Shown here: positions 1-8,896 of the stretch, one piece after another | Layout: each line of letters begins with the position of its first letter | Position numbering within the stretch: position 1 is the stretch's first letter | Assembly (NCBI GenBank): GCA_964574765.1 | Contig: CAZNPC010000001.1 | Span: forward strand, 28,720-92,719 | Origin: an uncultured Nitrospirales bacterium | GTDB lineage: Bacteria; Nitrospirota; Thermodesulfovibrionia; UBA6902; BMS3Bbin08 | Length of the DNA stretch: 64,000 nucleotides | Direction: 5' to 3' | Notes under the pieces: model-generated | The model's input: the letters and a program-made list of their open reading frames with translations, nothing else | The model's database searches: none | What the model was told of the DNA's origin: nothing | Position numbers and translations under genes: made by a program

Positions 1-676
1 TGTTGCAATGGCCGCACAGGGAGCTAATATCGCGGTGGCCGATACCAACATTGAAAAAGCGGAAAATACGATTAAAGAAATCCGCGCTCTCGGTGTCAGG
101 GGAATTGCTGTAAAGCTTGATGTTTCCATGAAAGATGAGGTCTCATCTGCTTTTAATGCTGTCATTACAGAATTTGAAAAGATCGACATTCTTGTCAATA
201 ATGCGGGCATTACCAAAGATGCCCTGATTATCAGGTTGAAAGAGGATGATTGGGACGCTGTTCTCGACATCAACCTTAAGGGCACATTTCTCTGCAGTAA
301 AGAGGCTGTTAAATACATGGCGAAAAAACATTACGGAAAAATAGTAAATATTTCTTCTGTTGTGGCATTTACGGGCAATCCCGGCCAGGCCAACTATAGC
401 GCGTCCAAGGCCGGCATTGTGGGCCTCACGAAAACTATTGCGAAAGAATACTCAAGCCGCGGCATAAGGGCAAATGCCGTCGCGCCTGGATTTATCCAGA
501 CAGCAATGACTGACGCATTATCTGATAAAGTAAAAGATGAAATGAGAAAGAGCATACCGCTTAACACGTTCGGCACACCTGAAGACGTCGCCAGTGCGGT
601 TGTCTTTCTCTCCTCGCACGATTCCGATTATATAACCGGCCAGGTTTTTCATATAAACGGCGGTATGTATATGTAA
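1..676 (+). CDS. fabG: 3-oxoacyl-[acyl-carrier-protein] reductase FabG, 5'-truncated by the window edge
   Basis: SDR motifs NNAG and YSASK (Tyr-x3-Lys) and GIRANAVAPGFI. The N-terminal TGxxxGxG cofactor motif is absent, so the gene starts upstream of base 1. An acpP-fabF operon follows. Confidence 0.85.
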   Translation, partial: VAMAAQGANIAVADTNIEKAENTIKEIRALGVRGIAVKLDVSMKDEVSSAFNAVITEFEKIDILVNNAGITKDALIIRLKEDDWDAVLDINLKGTFLCSKEAVKYMAKKHYGKIVNISSVVAFTGNPGQANYSASKAGIVGLTKTIAKEYSSRGIRANAVAPGFIQTAMTDALSDKVKDEMRKSIPLNTFGTPEDVASAVVFLSSHDSDYITGQVFHINGGMYM

Positions 677-730
677 CCAATTGATAATTTACAATTTACA
701 ATTGACAATTAAAAAAACTGGAGGTGTTCT

Positions 731-967
731 ATGGAAACAGAAGTAAAAGTTAAGGATATAATTTCTAAACAGCTGGGCATTGACATGGAGAAAGTTACGC
801 CCGAGGCCTCGTTCATGGACGATCTTGGCGCGGACTCTCTTGATACTGTTGAACTTGTAATGGCTTTCGAGGAAACGTTCAATATTGAAATTCCCGATGA
901 AGACGCTGAAAAAATAATAAAAGTCAGTGATGCTATAAGTTACATAAAAAATAAATCGGGAAATTAA
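731..967 (+). CDS. acpP: acyl carrier protein
   Basis: 78 aa. Phosphopantetheine-attachment motif [19 protein letters not shown] about 8 nt upstream. Sits between fabG and fabF. Confidence 0.9.
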   Translation: METEVKVKDIISKQLGIDMEKVTPEASFMDDLGADSLDTVELVMAFEETFNIEIPDEDAEKIIKVSDAISYIKNKSGN

Positions 968-995
968 TTCCTTTGTCTGTTTCAGGTTCTGCAAT

Positions 996-2240
996 ATGAA
1001 AAAAAGGGTCGTCGTAACCGGTGTGAGCATGATAACTCCCCTCGGCACCGGCACAGAAAAATCATGGGAAGGCCTGCTGGAAGCGCGTTCAGGCATCCGC
1101 AGGATAACACAGTTTGACGCTTCGGCATTTCCATCTCAAATCGCAGGTGAAGTGCCGGATTTTGATATCGACCGGTTCATTGAAACGAAGGAACAGAAGA
1201 AAATGGACAGGTTTATCCACCTTGGTTTCGCCGCCGGCATTATGGCCATGGAGGATTCCGGACTTAACGTCACTGAGGAAAATGACGAGAGGGTTGGAGT
1301 AATCGTCGGTTCCGGAATAGGCGGTCTTACCACAATACAGAAATACCACAAGATACTTCTTGAAAAGGGCCCCAGAAAGATCACTCCTTTCTTTATACCT
1401 ATGCTGATAATTAATCTGATCGCCGGGCAGATATCTATACGTTACGGCGCTAAAGGCCCAAACTCGTCTGTTGCAACGGCATGTGCCAGCGGAACTCATT
1501 CCATAGGAGACGCGTTCAAAATTATCCAGAGGGGAGATGCCGATGCTATGATAGCCGGCGGCTCGGAAGCAGTCATAAACTCTCTTGCCATAGGCGGTTT
1601 TACGGCAATGAAGGCATTGTCCACGAGAAACAGCGAACCTGAACTTGCAAGCCGGCCCTTTGACAGTGAAAGAGACGGCTTTGTGATGGGTGAAGGCGCC
1701 GGAATTCTGGTTCTTGAGGAACTGGAGTCTGCGCTGAAAAGGGGAGCCCGCATCTACGCCGAGATTATCGGCTACGGTATGTCCAGCGACGCATATCACA
1801 TAACAACACCTGCTTTGGACGGCGCCGGCGCCGCCAGGTGTATGAACTCGGCAATCAGGGACAGCGGCATCAGCCCTGACGAAGTTGATTATATCAATGC
1901 TCACGGTACATCTACAAAGTACAATGATGAACTGGAAACTGCCGCCATTAAAAAAATATTCGGGGAACACGCCCGCAAACTTGCTGTCAGTTCCACTAAA
2001 TCAATGATAGGCCATCTGCTGGGGGCCTCAGGAGGAGTGGAAGGCGTGATATCTGTCCTGAGCATCTATAACAATATCGTCGCCCCTACTGTTAACCTGA
2101 CGAATCCTGATCCGGAATGTGACCTGGATTATGTGCCTCATAAAGCACGGAAAATGGATGTCAATGTCGCAATGTCTAATTCATTTGGTTTCGGCGGTAC
2201 AAATGCAAGTATCCTTTTCAGAAAATATCCGGCTTCTTGA
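996..2240 (+). CDS. fabF: 3-oxoacyl-ACP synthase II (KAS II)
   Basis: 414 aa. Active-site Cys in ATACASGTHSIG, His motifs NAHGTSTKYND and GHLLGASG, C-terminal FGFGGTNASILF. Confidence 0.9.
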   Translation: MKKRVVVTGVSMITPLGTGTEKSWEGLLEARSGIRRITQFDASAFPSQIAGEVPDFDIDRFIETKEQKKMDRFIHLGFAAGIMAMEDSGLNVTEENDERVGVIVGSGIGGLTTIQKYHKILLEKGPRKITPFFIPMLIINLIAGQISIRYGAKGPNSSVATACASGTHSIGDAFKIIQRGDADAMIAGGSEAVINSLAIGGFTAMKALSTRNSEPELASRPFDSERDGFVMGEGAGILVLEELESALKRGARIYAEIIGYGMSSDAYHITTPALDGAGAARCMNSAIRDSGISPDEVDYINAHGTSTKYNDELETAAIKKIFGEHARKLAVSSTKSMIGHLLGASGGVEGVISVLSIYNNIVAPTVNLTNPDPECDLDYVPHKARKMDVNVAMSNSFGFGGTNASILFRKYPAS

Positions 2241-2922
2241 AGAAAAGATAGAATACAAGTTCAGGAAGAAGTCTTTAATCAGAGAAGCTCTCACTCATAA
2301 GTCATTCGCCAGTGAAGACGGCGCGAAATACTGCTTCAACGAAAGAGTTGAATTTCTCGGTGACGCGGTGCTGGGACTTATAGTATCGGAATATCTGTTC
2401 AACTCTTATCCGGACCATTCCGAGTCGTCGATGTCAAAAATAAAGGCATACGCGGTACGTGAGGCCACACTTGCGGAGGTATCTTCAAAACTCGGATTGG
2501 GTTCGTATCTTCTCCTGGGAAAAGGAGAAGAGTCAAGCGGCGGCAGAAAAAAACCGTCTCTTCTGGCTAATGTATTTGAAGCGGTTCTGGCTGCTGTCTA
2601 TCTTGACGGCGGTTATAAGAAAGCGAAAAAATTCGCGATTGACAGTCTTAATGACAAGATACGGGATCTTGTTGATAACAATCTCGTTTATGATTTTAAA
2701 TCCCGGTTCCAGGAGATTGTTCAGGAAAAGTTCGGAATCCTGCCGAGCTACAGGATATACAGCGAAGAAGGCCCTGAACATAAAAAAGTATTCAAAGTCA
2801 GCGTCCTCGTTGCCGGTGATCTGTGTGGTACAGGCACGGGCGGAAGCAAGAAAGAAGCAGAACAACAGGCCGCCAGGGCAGGACTGAAAAAACTGGAAAA
2901 GCGGCCTAAGAAGAAGATATAA
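2203..2922 (+). CDS. rnc: ribonuclease III
   Basis: RNase III signature ERVEFLGDAVLGLIVSEYLF and a C-terminal dsRBD (KKEAEQQAARAGLKKL). The ORF-track start at 2119 lies deep inside fabF, so an internal ATG at 2203 is chosen. The start is uncertain and overlaps the fabF 3' end. Confidence 0.75.
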   Translation: MQVSFSENIRLLEEKIEYKFRKKSLIREALTHKSFASEDGAKYCFNERVEFLGDAVLGLIVSEYLFNSYPDHSESSMSKIKAYAVREATLAEVSSKLGLGSYLLLGKGEESSGGRKKPSLLANVFEAVLAAVYLDGGYKKAKKFAIDSLNDKIRDLVDNNLVYDFKSRFQEIVQEKFGILPSYRIYSEEGPEHKKVFKVSVLVAGDLCGTGTGGSKKEAEQQAARAGLKKLEKRPKKKI

Positions 2923-3020
2923 TTAGCAGCGCATTGCAAAATTAACAATTATCAATTAACAATTAACATTTACCTGCCCCGTGTCCTGATCCGTCAGGAT
3001 TTACGGGGACAATTATCAAT

Positions 3021-4055
3021 ATGACTCTCACTTATAAGAAAGCAGGGGTTGATATCTCCGCGGGCAATAAACTGATCGACCTCATCAAACCTGTGGTGCG
3101 CTCAACTTTCAGACGAGAGGTTTTAGACGACATAGGTTCTTTCAGCTCGCTTTTCAGGCCTGACCTGACCGGTTTAAAAAAACCGGTATTGATAAGCAGT
3201 ACTGACGGGGTCGGCACTAAACTGAAAATAGCGTTTATGATGAACAGGCATACATCTGTCGGCATCGACCTTGTCGCCATGTGTGTTAATGATATCCTTA
3301 CAAGCGGCGCTGAACCTCTTTTTTTTCTGGATTATTTCGCTACCGGCAGGCTGTCTGCAAAAAAAGCGTCTGATGTAATAAAAGGGATTGCCGCCGGCTG
3401 TAAGATTGCCGGCTGTTCACTGATTGGAGGAGAGACGGCCGAAATGCCCGGCTTTTACGCCACGGGTGAATACGACCTGGCAGGCTTCTCTGTCGGAATA
3501 GTCGATCAGGCCGGTATCATCAATGGATCAGGCATCAGAAAGGGAGATGTTATTATTGGACTCGCATCAGACGGCCTGCACAGCAACGGTTACTCACTCG
3601 CAAGAAAAGTCTTCTTTGATATCGGCAGATATAAGCCCGGGAAGATAATCAGCGGTCTCCGGCGATCAATCGGCAGTGAACTGCTTAAACCCACAAAGAT
3701 CTATGTTAAACCTGTACTTAACGTGCTGGCGAATTATCGAATTAAAGGAATGGCTCATATTACCGGCGGAGGTATAACTGAAAATATACCCCGCATTCTA
3801 CCTGGGAAACCCGGCTTAAAAGCAATAATAGAAAGGCAGAGCTGGCCTGAACAGAAAATATTCAGCATTATTCAGAAAAAAGGCGGAATATCTGATAAAG
3901 AAATGTTCAGAACCTTTAACATGGGGATCGGTTTCGTGCTTGTTGTTAAAGAGGCCGATGCAGCGGGTGTTCTGAATAAACTGCGGTCTGCCGGTGAAAA
4001 GGCGCATATTATAGGACATATAGAAAAGGGGAAAAGGGGAGTAACGTACGCATAA
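3021..4055 (+). CDS. purM: phosphoribosylformylglycinamidine cyclo-ligase (AIR synthetase)
   Basis: MTLTYKKAGVDISAGN N-terminus. PurM family motifs (STDGVGTKLKIA, DLVAMCVNDI). Confidence 0.9.
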   Translation: MTLTYKKAGVDISAGNKLIDLIKPVVRSTFRREVLDDIGSFSSLFRPDLTGLKKPVLISSTDGVGTKLKIAFMMNRHTSVGIDLVAMCVNDILTSGAEPLFFLDYFATGRLSAKKASDVIKGIAAGCKIAGCSLIGGETAEMPGFYATGEYDLAGFSVGIVDQAGIINGSGIRKGDVIIGLASDGLHSNGYSLARKVFFDIGRYKPGKIISGLRRSIGSELLKPTKIYVKPVLNVLANYRIKGMAHITGGGITENIPRILPGKPGLKAIIERQSWPEQKIFSIIQKKGGISDKEMFRTFNMGIGFVLVVKEADAAGVLNKLRSAGEKAHIIGHIEKGKRGVTYA

Positions 4056-4177
4056 CAAATAGCTCAAAGTTCATAGCTCATGGCTCATAGTACGGATAAA
4101 CAAAATAATTTGCTGTCGGTTATCAGTTATGTCTTTTTTGCTATGAGCTATAAACTATCAGCTATGAGCTTAAACAT
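4056..4177. repeat. intergenic repeat family A copy between purM and purN
   Basis: catagctcatggctcatagta ... gctatgagctataaactatcagctatgagct. The inverted AGCTCATAG/CTATGAGCT ends give a MITE/REP-like organisation. Confidence 0.5.
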
Positions 4178-4822
4178 ATGTTAACCATCGGTGTTCTTGC
4201 ATCAGGAAGAGGTTCAAATTTTCAGTCGATAATCAACAGCATCGACTCCGGCTATCTTAAGGCGAAAATCGCCGTGCTTATTACGGATAATAATGATGCG
4301 TATGCGATTGAAAGGGCGAAAAATAGCGGGATTGAATCAATTGTTATGCGGCAAAAGGATTTTCCTGACAACGACTCATATTACACAGAGATCTCAGACG
4401 AGCTGATGAAAAGAGGAGTAGAGCTTACAATACTCGCGGGATTTATGAGAGTTGTAGGTAAAACTCTTATTGAAAAATTCCGCAACAGGATTATGAACAT
4501 TCACCCTGCCCTCTTACCTTCTTTCCCCGGACTTCACGGACAAAAACAGGCCCTGGATTACGGCGTGCGTCTGTCAGGATGCACTGTGCATTTTGTGGAT
4601 GAAGGAGTTGACACAGGCCCTGTAATAATTCAGGCCGCTGTGCCTGTTTATGACGCTGATACAGAAGAGAGTCTTTCAGAAAGAATACTTGAGCAGGAGC
4701 ACAGGATATTCCCGTACGCGATAAAGCTTTTTTCCGAGGGTAAAATGTCAGTTTCAGGAGGCAGGGTCATCGTAGAAAGTAACAAAGATGATTCTGTTTT
4801 GATTAATCCGCCCCTTAAATGA
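4178..4822 (+). CDS. purN: phosphoribosylglycinamide formyltransferase
   Basis: GVLASGRGSNFQSII and HPALLPSFPGLHG...GCTVHFVDEGVDTGPVIIQ formyltransferase motifs. Adjacent to purM. Confidence 0.9.
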   Translation: MLTIGVLASGRGSNFQSIINSIDSGYLKAKIAVLITDNNDAYAIERAKNSGIESIVMRQKDFPDNDSYYTEISDELMKRGVELTILAGFMRVVGKTLIEKFRNRIMNIHPALLPSFPGLHGQKQALDYGVRLSGCTVHFVDEGVDTGPVIIQAAVPVYDADTEESLSERILEQEHRIFPYAIKLFSEGKMSVSGGRVIVESNKDDSVLINPPLK

Positions 4823-4852
4823 TCATCTCCCGGCAGCGTCCCATAATTGAGT

Positions 4853-5245
4853 CTATTGCAGAGCGACTTCACGGTGATCCACAGCGTCTTTTACAACTCC
4901 AAGAAAGTCTTCCATTCCAAATGGTTTATCCACGCATTTAAAAGCGCCGTATTCCGAAGCCTGCTTTATCGTACTGTGCGACAAATATGCCGAAATAAGT
5001 ATTACTATCGACTTAATGCCTGACGCCCTGATCTCCGCGAGCAGTTCAAGTCCGTCCAGGCCCGGCATTTTCAGATCAGTGATAATTATGTCATAACGGG
5101 ATGACTTCAGCATCTTTAACGCCTGCTCACCGCTTTCAGCAACATCAACAGACAGATCCAGCCCTTTCAGCGCTGTCTGCAGTGACCACCTTATCAGCTC
5201 TTCATCATCGATAACCAAAGCCTTAATTTCTTTCGCTGATGTCAT
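4853..5245 (-). CDS. stand-alone response-regulator receiver domain protein (CheY-like)
   Basis: Receiver motifs ALVIDDE ... IIITDLKMPGLDGLEL ... with no output domain. Start set at MTSAKEIK, preceded by a GGAGGG RBS. The ORF track begins 11 codons earlier. Confidence 0.75.
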   Translation of the reverse strand: MTSAKEIKALVIDDEELIRWSLQTALKGLDLSVDVAESGEQALKMLKSSRYDIIITDLKMPGLDGLELLAEIRASGIKSIVILISAYLSHSTIKQASEYGAFKCVDKPFGMEDFLGVVKDAVDHREVALQ

Positions 5246-5457
5246 TGAATTATAACCCTCCACTGAACATTGCTGCAATTTTCAAGCCAGAGGAGTTAAA
5301 GCTCAAAAAAAACTTTGCCTTTTAAAATATCCCTACATGAAAACCCTTAAAATCAGCTCGGGAAATCTCCGATAATTCAATGCGTTGGCTTTATACGGCT
5401 GTTATGGAAATTAGTGAAAACACTCAGCGAGGCGGTATTTCACGCAGTAGTGAGGTA

Positions 5458-7695
5458 TTATGGATCAGAATCTGTGACTGACCCGCCGTGACACCCTGAA
5501 ACTCCCTGCGTGGAACAGTTGTTATTACCCATGCCGCTTTTCACATAGCCTCCAGGGGTCGCGGCTTTTTTAAACGCAGTTATTTTAAGGCTGTTACCGC
5601 CGTAATTGTACGGGTCAAGGTCAGGGTTCGCAGCATTAGTCCCGTATCCGATCAGACGTGACCTTTTTGCTCCATGAGGCACAGCTATATGGCACGTAAC
5701 ACAAGTCTGGTTCTGGTGGCCACTCCCGCCGCCGCCGCCACCGCCGCCCGAGCTTACTTCATGAACATTATTGTACCAGCCGGTCTCGCTTCCACCGGGA
5801 TACAGAGGGTGACAGTTTTTACAGAACAGGCCGCCGTATGAAGTAAAACTGTCTTTATCGCTCAACTTCCAGAGCTGTGCGTCGTTTCTGAGTGGCCAGT
5901 ATTGGTTTGGGCCCTTAAGCATATATTTTGAGTTTGAGCCATGCGGTCCTCTAGGGTCAGTAGTGTCCTCACTTTCGGCGCCATGACAGTCTGAGCAATA
6001 CATTGTCTGATCACCTTCACTTTTCCATGGCGTACTCATCTGAGCATCTGTAAGCGCTTTAGGAGGATATGAACCGGGGAATGACGCTCCGGCAGTACCG
6101 GTGAGCATGTTATTCAATGTGACCCTCACAGGATGGGCTGATTTATTGCCCCTGCTGAATTCCCATGCCTGATCAGTTATGACAGCTCCTGATCCAGTAG
6201 TATAGATCGTATCGGGCGAACCTAAATTTCTGATGGCGTACGATGAATGACATTTAAAGCATATCTGGTACTCTTTATCCGCGCTGTTCATTGTTCTGTA
6301 AGAAGATAAAGCAATATCACTCCATAAAGGATCATCATTTGGATGATCAACTCCCGTAACTCCCAGAAGGGCATTTGAAACATCATTCGTCGATGCATCC
6401 GGTAACTGAGGATACCATTGATTGACTGCAGAAACATGAGTTCCCTTGAGAGTCTGATGAGGATTATGGCAGTCTACGCATTCCGCATGCTCATTGCCAA
6501 GGTCCCATCTGAGATCGTCGGCATCATACGAGACGCCAATCTGAAGAACATCAAGGTTAGTATGCCTTACAGGTGGAAGAGCATCAACAGGATGTTTGTA
6601 AAACGTCTGAAACATATCATAAATTTTCAACTCTTTTGGAACACCCACTCCGGATCCATGACACGATGTCGATGCAATACCGCTTATATAAAAACACGTG
6701 TCCTCCTCAGCCTTTCTTAATAAATAGGGAGAACCTCCCCCACTGTGAACTTTATGGCATGACGCACATCCAGCCTCAGCTACTGTATCCGGTGTACCGT
6801 CCGGAATGGGCTGTGTCTCAGCCACCGGATCGTCTATTGCCGTAGCATCAGTCTGATGAATACTTCCAACCCAGTTTGTTTTTTCATGACACCTGTCACA
6901 AATATCATTGATCGACTGTGCCAGACTGCCGCTGTTCAATACAAGGAACTTTTCGTTAGTGGTATGCGGGTCATGACATGAGGTGCACTCGACATATGAA
7001 TCGCCTGAATAATTATACAGCCTGACTTCATAGTAAGTACCGCCAATCCCCTGTACAGGAGGTTTGCTTACTCCGGATTTCAGTTCAATAGACCTGGGGC
7101 CGCCTGTATCAAAACTGATCTGTGCATTTTCATCATACTTGATCGCCACGGGATGATCATCCTGGAGATTGATCCCAAGATTGCCTGCTGACGCATCAAG
7201 TAATTCACCGGTTCCATTCTTAACTCCTGTCATACTTATTGTTGTAAAAGTACCGGTGGCGGCGTCATAAGTACTTCCACTGAGGTTATATACACTTCCT
7301 ATCGCAACTGTACCGTCATGACAGCTCAGACAGAGTCGTGACCTGTAACCAACTGCCGGGAATGTGCCCAAATCCGGTGAAACTGCATAACCAGGAGAAT
7401 CAACTCTCTGCAGATACTCACTGTCATACATCGTATAACTCGCCGTACTTAATTTATGGTTCCATAGAGGCTCAGCCGGTTGAGCATTATGAGGGGCATG
7501 GCAAAAAGAACATAATTTTGTCTCTGATGCTGCCTTGACAGTGCCGGTGCTGGTTGCTGAGAGATTATGCTTTGTAGATGCAACATCTACTTCAGTCACA
7601 TCAACTGCCCATGATAAAGACGCAATAGCGGTCATAGCAGAGATAACTATCAATTGCAAATACAGCTTATATCTTCTTATGGTCATTATTTTCAT
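5458..7695 (-). CDS. secreted multihaem c-type cytochrome (about 10 CXXCH)
   Basis: Ten CXXCH motifs (CSFCH, CLSCH, CTSCH, CDRCH, CASCH, CVDCH, CFKCH, CSDCH, CKNCH, CVTCH). N-terminal signal peptide (MKIMTIRRYKLYLQLIVISAMTAIASLSWA). Gly8 linker. Start uncertain between 7734, 7695 and 7686. Confidence 0.8.
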   Translation of the reverse strand: MKIMTIRRYKLYLQLIVISAMTAIASLSWAVDVTEVDVASTKHNLSATSTGTVKAASETKLCSFCHAPHNAQPAEPLWNHKLSTASYTMYDSEYLQRVDSPGYAVSPDLGTFPAVGYRSRLCLSCHDGTVAIGSVYNLSGSTYDAATGTFTTISMTGVKNGTGELLDASAGNLGINLQDDHPVAIKYDENAQISFDTGGPRSIELKSGVSKPPVQGIGGTYYEVRLYNYSGDSYVECTSCHDPHTTNEKFLVLNSGSLAQSINDICDRCHEKTNWVGSIHQTDATAIDDPVAETQPIPDGTPDTVAEAGCASCHKVHSGGGSPYLLRKAEEDTCFYISGIASTSCHGSGVGVPKELKIYDMFQTFYKHPVDALPPVRHTNLDVLQIGVSYDADDLRWDLGNEHAECVDCHNPHQTLKGTHVSAVNQWYPQLPDASTNDVSNALLGVTGVDHPNDDPLWSDIALSSYRTMNSADKEYQICFKCHSSYAIRNLGSPDTIYTTGSGAVITDQAWEFSRGNKSAHPVRVTLNNMLTGTAGASFPGSYPPKALTDAQMSTPWKSEGDQTMYCSDCHGAESEDTTDPRGPHGSNSKYMLKGPNQYWPLRNDAQLWKLSDKDSFTSYGGLFCKNCHPLYPGGSETGWYNNVHEVSSGGGGGGGGSGHQNQTCVTCHIAVPHGAKRSRLIGYGTNAANPDLDPYNYGGNSLKITAFKKAATPGGYVKSGMGNNNCSTQGVSGCHGGSVTDSDP

Positions 7696-7753
7696 ATTAA
7701 TCCGGTATATACTTAATATTATATCAAAAATCATGCCATAAGACCCTGAATCT

Positions 7754-8836
7754 TCATTCTTTTTCCTCTGCAGTGGGTTTTTCTTCTGTTTTTAGATATC
7801 TGAACACCTGTACTCTGCTGTTAAATACATCTGCTACATATATATTATCCCTGCTGTCAATAGCTATGCCCGCCGGCAGCAAAAAAGAGCCAACTCTTCG
7901 GCCTGACTTGCCGAATACAAGGAGCAATTGTCCTGACAGATCAAAGAGCTGGACAGCCTCGAACAAGGTATCAACAACATAGATATTTCCTTCACTGTCA
8001 ATAGCAATTCCTCTTGGATTACCCATATCACCTGTGCCGTCACCATGTTTTCCAAACTTCGCTACAAACTTTCCTTTCTTATCAAAGACCTGAATTCTAA
8101 AATTGAGAGAGTCAGCAATGTATAATTTATCGTCATCAGCTATGTATATAAAAGTAGGATGGTTCAACTGTCCGTCTTCTTCTCCTTTTTCACCGAATGA
8201 AAACTTATATGTACCATCGGTTTTATAAACATATATCCTGGCATCTACAGTATCTGTTATGTATATCTCGCTGTTTTTATTGTCGATCGCAAGCCCTGTC
8301 GGCCTTTTAAAAGAGTCCTGCCCCGGGGGAGGCTTAAAACTCCTTAAATACTTGCCCTTCCCGGAAAACACATATACCTTCTTCTGAACTGAATCAGACA
8401 CATAAATGTTACCCTGACTGTCTGAAACAGCGCTGACAGGAGAAGCAAATCTGCCCTTGTCTGTTCCTTCTATAATGCTGTATTTGCCGTTCTTAATATC
8501 AAATATATGTACTGCCAGAAGAGCCGTATCAGTAACGTATATCTTGCCCTTATCATCAATGGACACTCCAAACGGCTTTAGTATCCTGTTTTCAATATCC
8601 CTGCCGGCAATAAACTGCCATGCCTTTTTCAGGAAGCTCTTTTTTGCTCCAATATCATCCGGAGTGCTGATACTTTTGACAAACTCTATCCTTGGTTCAT
8701 ACGGCGGCTGAGGCCAGACCATTCTCTCCTGCGGTTTTTTTGACGCTTCTTTCGTAGAACTCATGCCCAACATAAAAATGGACAAAAAAACCAGTATTAC
8801 AAAGTATATCTTTTTACGATTTATCATAACAGCCAT
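7754..8836 (-). CDS. NHL-repeat beta-propeller protein, secreted
   Basis: Six repeats of the type IYVTDT / IYVADS...RIQVF (NHL repeat). N-terminal signal/TM segment. Confidence 0.75.
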   Translation of the reverse strand: MAVMINRKKIYFVILVFLSIFMLGMSSTKEASKKPQERMVWPQPPYEPRIEFVKSISTPDDIGAKKSFLKKAWQFIAGRDIENRILKPFGVSIDDKGKIYVTDTALLAVHIFDIKNGKYSIIEGTDKGRFASPVSAVSDSQGNIYVSDSVQKKVYVFSGKGKYLRSFKPPPGQDSFKRPTGLAIDNKNSEIYITDTVDARIYVYKTDGTYKFSFGEKGEEDGQLNHPTFIYIADDDKLYIADSLNFRIQVFDKKGKFVAKFGKHGDGTGDMGNPRGIAIDSEGNIYVVDTLFEAVQLFDLSGQLLLVFGKSGRRVGSFLLPAGIAIDSRDNIYVADVFNSRVQVFRYLKTEEKPTAEEKE

Positions 8837-8896
8837 ATTGTTTATATTTTAGATCAATATTTGCCAAGATACAATATTTATTGGCCTACAGTTCTA

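Noticed and set aside
677-720. acaatt-type AT-rich mini-repeats in the fabG-acpP (677-720), rnc-purM (2923-2960) and rfbB-rfbC (58090-58140) spacers as a shared regulatory motif
   Set aside because: They are short, degenerate and AT-rich in an AT-rich genome. They are indistinguishable from generic promoter or UP-element composition without genome-wide statistics.
1089-1970. Long antisense ORFs overlapping confident genes (for example 1089-1970 opposite fabF, 19692-20216 opposite a GT2, 37292-37783 opposite the 2-hydroxyacid dehydrogenase, 2459-2887 and 2533-2865 inside rnc)
   Set aside because: They have no recognisable motifs and low-complexity, stop-free composition typical of shadow frames of real genes. 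Every one is fully contained in a gene with strong family signatures on the other strand or frame.
2119-2202. ORF-track start of rnc at 2119 giving an 84-nt overlap with fabF
   Set aside because: The N-terminal 28 residues (MTWIMCLIKHGKWMSMSQC...) have no counterpart in RNase III. The conserved domain begins right after the internal ATG at 2203. A GTG/TTG start slightly downstream cannot be excluded.
5720-5760. GCC/GCG triplet-rich stretch (encodes GGGGGGGGSG) in the decahaem cytochrome as a phase-variation SSR
   Set aside because: The repeat is imperfect (gccgccgccgccaccgccgcc) and in-frame. Length changes would only alter linker length, not switch expression, so it is treated as a flexible glycine linker.
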